From Leucoraja erinacea (lineage: Eukaryota): a stretch of DNA of 64,000 nucleotides. The stretch lies in NCBI RefSeq assembly GCF_028641065.1, contig NC_073386.1, forward strand, positions 47,058,001-47,122,000, in the 5' to 3' direction. The notes under the pieces were generated by a model. The model saw only the letters and a list, made by a program, of their open reading frames with translations, did no database searches and was not told where the DNA came from. Below, piece by piece: positions 62,600 to 64,000 of the stretch. A program made the position numbers and the translations under genes. Position 1 is the stretch's first letter. Each line of letters starts with the position of its first letter.

Positions 62600-64000
62600 A
62601 TTTGCAACAACTATTTTAAATATTTTTATTTGACTGGTAGAATAAACTTTACAGACAAAACATAGTTATTTGCAAATGAAGGACTTCAAATACTTCAAGG
62701 CAAAAGTGTCTTCAAAGCACAAGTTTAACACTGAGACATTTAAATAAAGAATCTTAAAACTACATGCAGAAAAACACTTTGTAGTCAGACTTCAGCAGTT
62801 CAAATATACCTGTTTGGTTATATTGTAGATGACCTATCCATGATGAAAAGGGAGAAAGTGCTATTTTACAGCTAGTATGTTTCAACATTACATCTGAGCA
62901 TCCTATGGAGTATTTAAAGGTCCATTGTGCAAGTGAAGAGAGACCATATTCAGGAGACATAAGTAACATGCAGTAACATGATCTCATATCATTTAGCATG
63001 GTGACTTCATTTACTTGGCTGCGCTATGTTTAGGCAAAAGCCAAACAATTTTACTGAAACATCTAAGCACCAATTTGTCTCTGGTCCCTGCCACTATATG
63101 ACTCCAATGTATTGGTTGTCCCTTTTACACCCAACTAATGTTTGATTCAAATGACATTTTATTTCAGGCATCCAAATTCTGAATTTGAGCCCTGTGAAAG
63201 ATGAATGAAATGGATGAAGAGTATCCAGCTCTTCAGAGGTATCATAATCTACAATGGTTATATTTAAAATGTACGTAACTGAGTGAGAGTATAAATAAAT
63301 AAGAACAGGTACAAAAATGTCTAGTATTTCACTAGAATGGATCACATTATCCCTAAATTAGCTTGCCTGAAATGTTCAAGCAAGTGATTAGAACAGGGAA
63401 AGCACGGTGCAAAAACATGTCTAGTCTTCCCACGGCATAGAACATAGTGTCTATGCAACAAATATATAAATATCCAGATTCAGTCAGTAGTTTCTCCTTT
63501 TGCTGACAGAGTCTTTGATTGTAAATCACTAATGGGACATCCCAAGGCCATGACCAGTTATAAAAACTGCAATATGTTTGCATTGTTTCATTAGGGTGCA
63601 GTCTGCGAGGGAGTATGCATTATGTTTCAATAATTCCGCATTCATTGAGTTTCCCCATAGTCGATTATCAAGCTGTTTAAATTCATTCACACATCTTTTG
63701 AGATTCAGAAATACTTTATAGCAATATTCAGGATTATCTCCAATGATAATTATCTCCTGGGGAACGTTTGAGATTTTGAGGTTGCAGCTGTGAAAGGTGA
63801 TCATGCTGCCAAAAGCTTTCTGAATATTGCGTGTTCTAACGTAAGCTAATGGTGTTGAATGAAAAAAGTTCAAGTTCAGTAATCAGGTAGTTGCATTCTT
63901 GAAGCAAGTACCCTATAAAAGGCGATCATACAAATTTCATCTGGCACACTCCCTGTGAACAGCAGTGACCTCAAATTACCATTGCATGTTGCAGTGGTTT
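62600..64000 (-). other. Putative 3' UTR end of a convergent neighbouring gene (LAMC2/LAMC1 expected by synteny)
   Basis: No recognisable repeats. Minus-strand AATAAA (tttatt at 62625-62630) followed by a GT-rich tract, and a minus-strand TGGTGCT (miR-29 seed match) at 63066-63072. No coding exon seen. Confidence 0.35.

Noticed and set aside
44400-62600. Additional host coding gene between NMNAT2 and the window end
   Set aside because: All recognisable peptides are TE-derived (CR1, Penelope, Gypsy) and no laminin-like exon was found by eye; small exons could have been missed.

Overview
AT-rich, repeat-dense vertebrate DNA. The repeat complement (HE1-like V-SINEs, CR1/HER1-like LINEs, SacSINE1-like relics, many Penelope tails) suggests a cartilaginous fish, probably a skate or ray; this is inference. 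The only host coding sequence I can support is the 3' part of NMNAT2 on the + strand: 7 coding exons at 6148-39317, all GT-AG and phase-consistent, corresponding to human exons 5-11, followed by a probably long 3' UTR. The last ~1.4 kb looks like the 3' UTR of a convergent gene, and synteny suggests LAMC2/LAMC1. Almost all ORFs in the supplied track are transposon fragments or noise. The most interesting signals are: (1) a family of 100-250 bp Penelope-derived elements built around a minimal hammerhead-ribozyme motif, occurring as TSD-flanked monomers, tandem multimers and fold-back hairpins inside and around NMNAT2; (2) an intact 2-kb non-autonomous Helitron carrying a duplicated promoter/ATG/splice-donor module and two related minisatellites; (3) a ~98% identical 170-bp inverted duplication; (4) a CR1 copy riddled with micro-deletions, possibly an assembly artefact. 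Repeat-family names come from recognition, not database search, and repeat boundaries are approximate unless termini or TSDs are cited.
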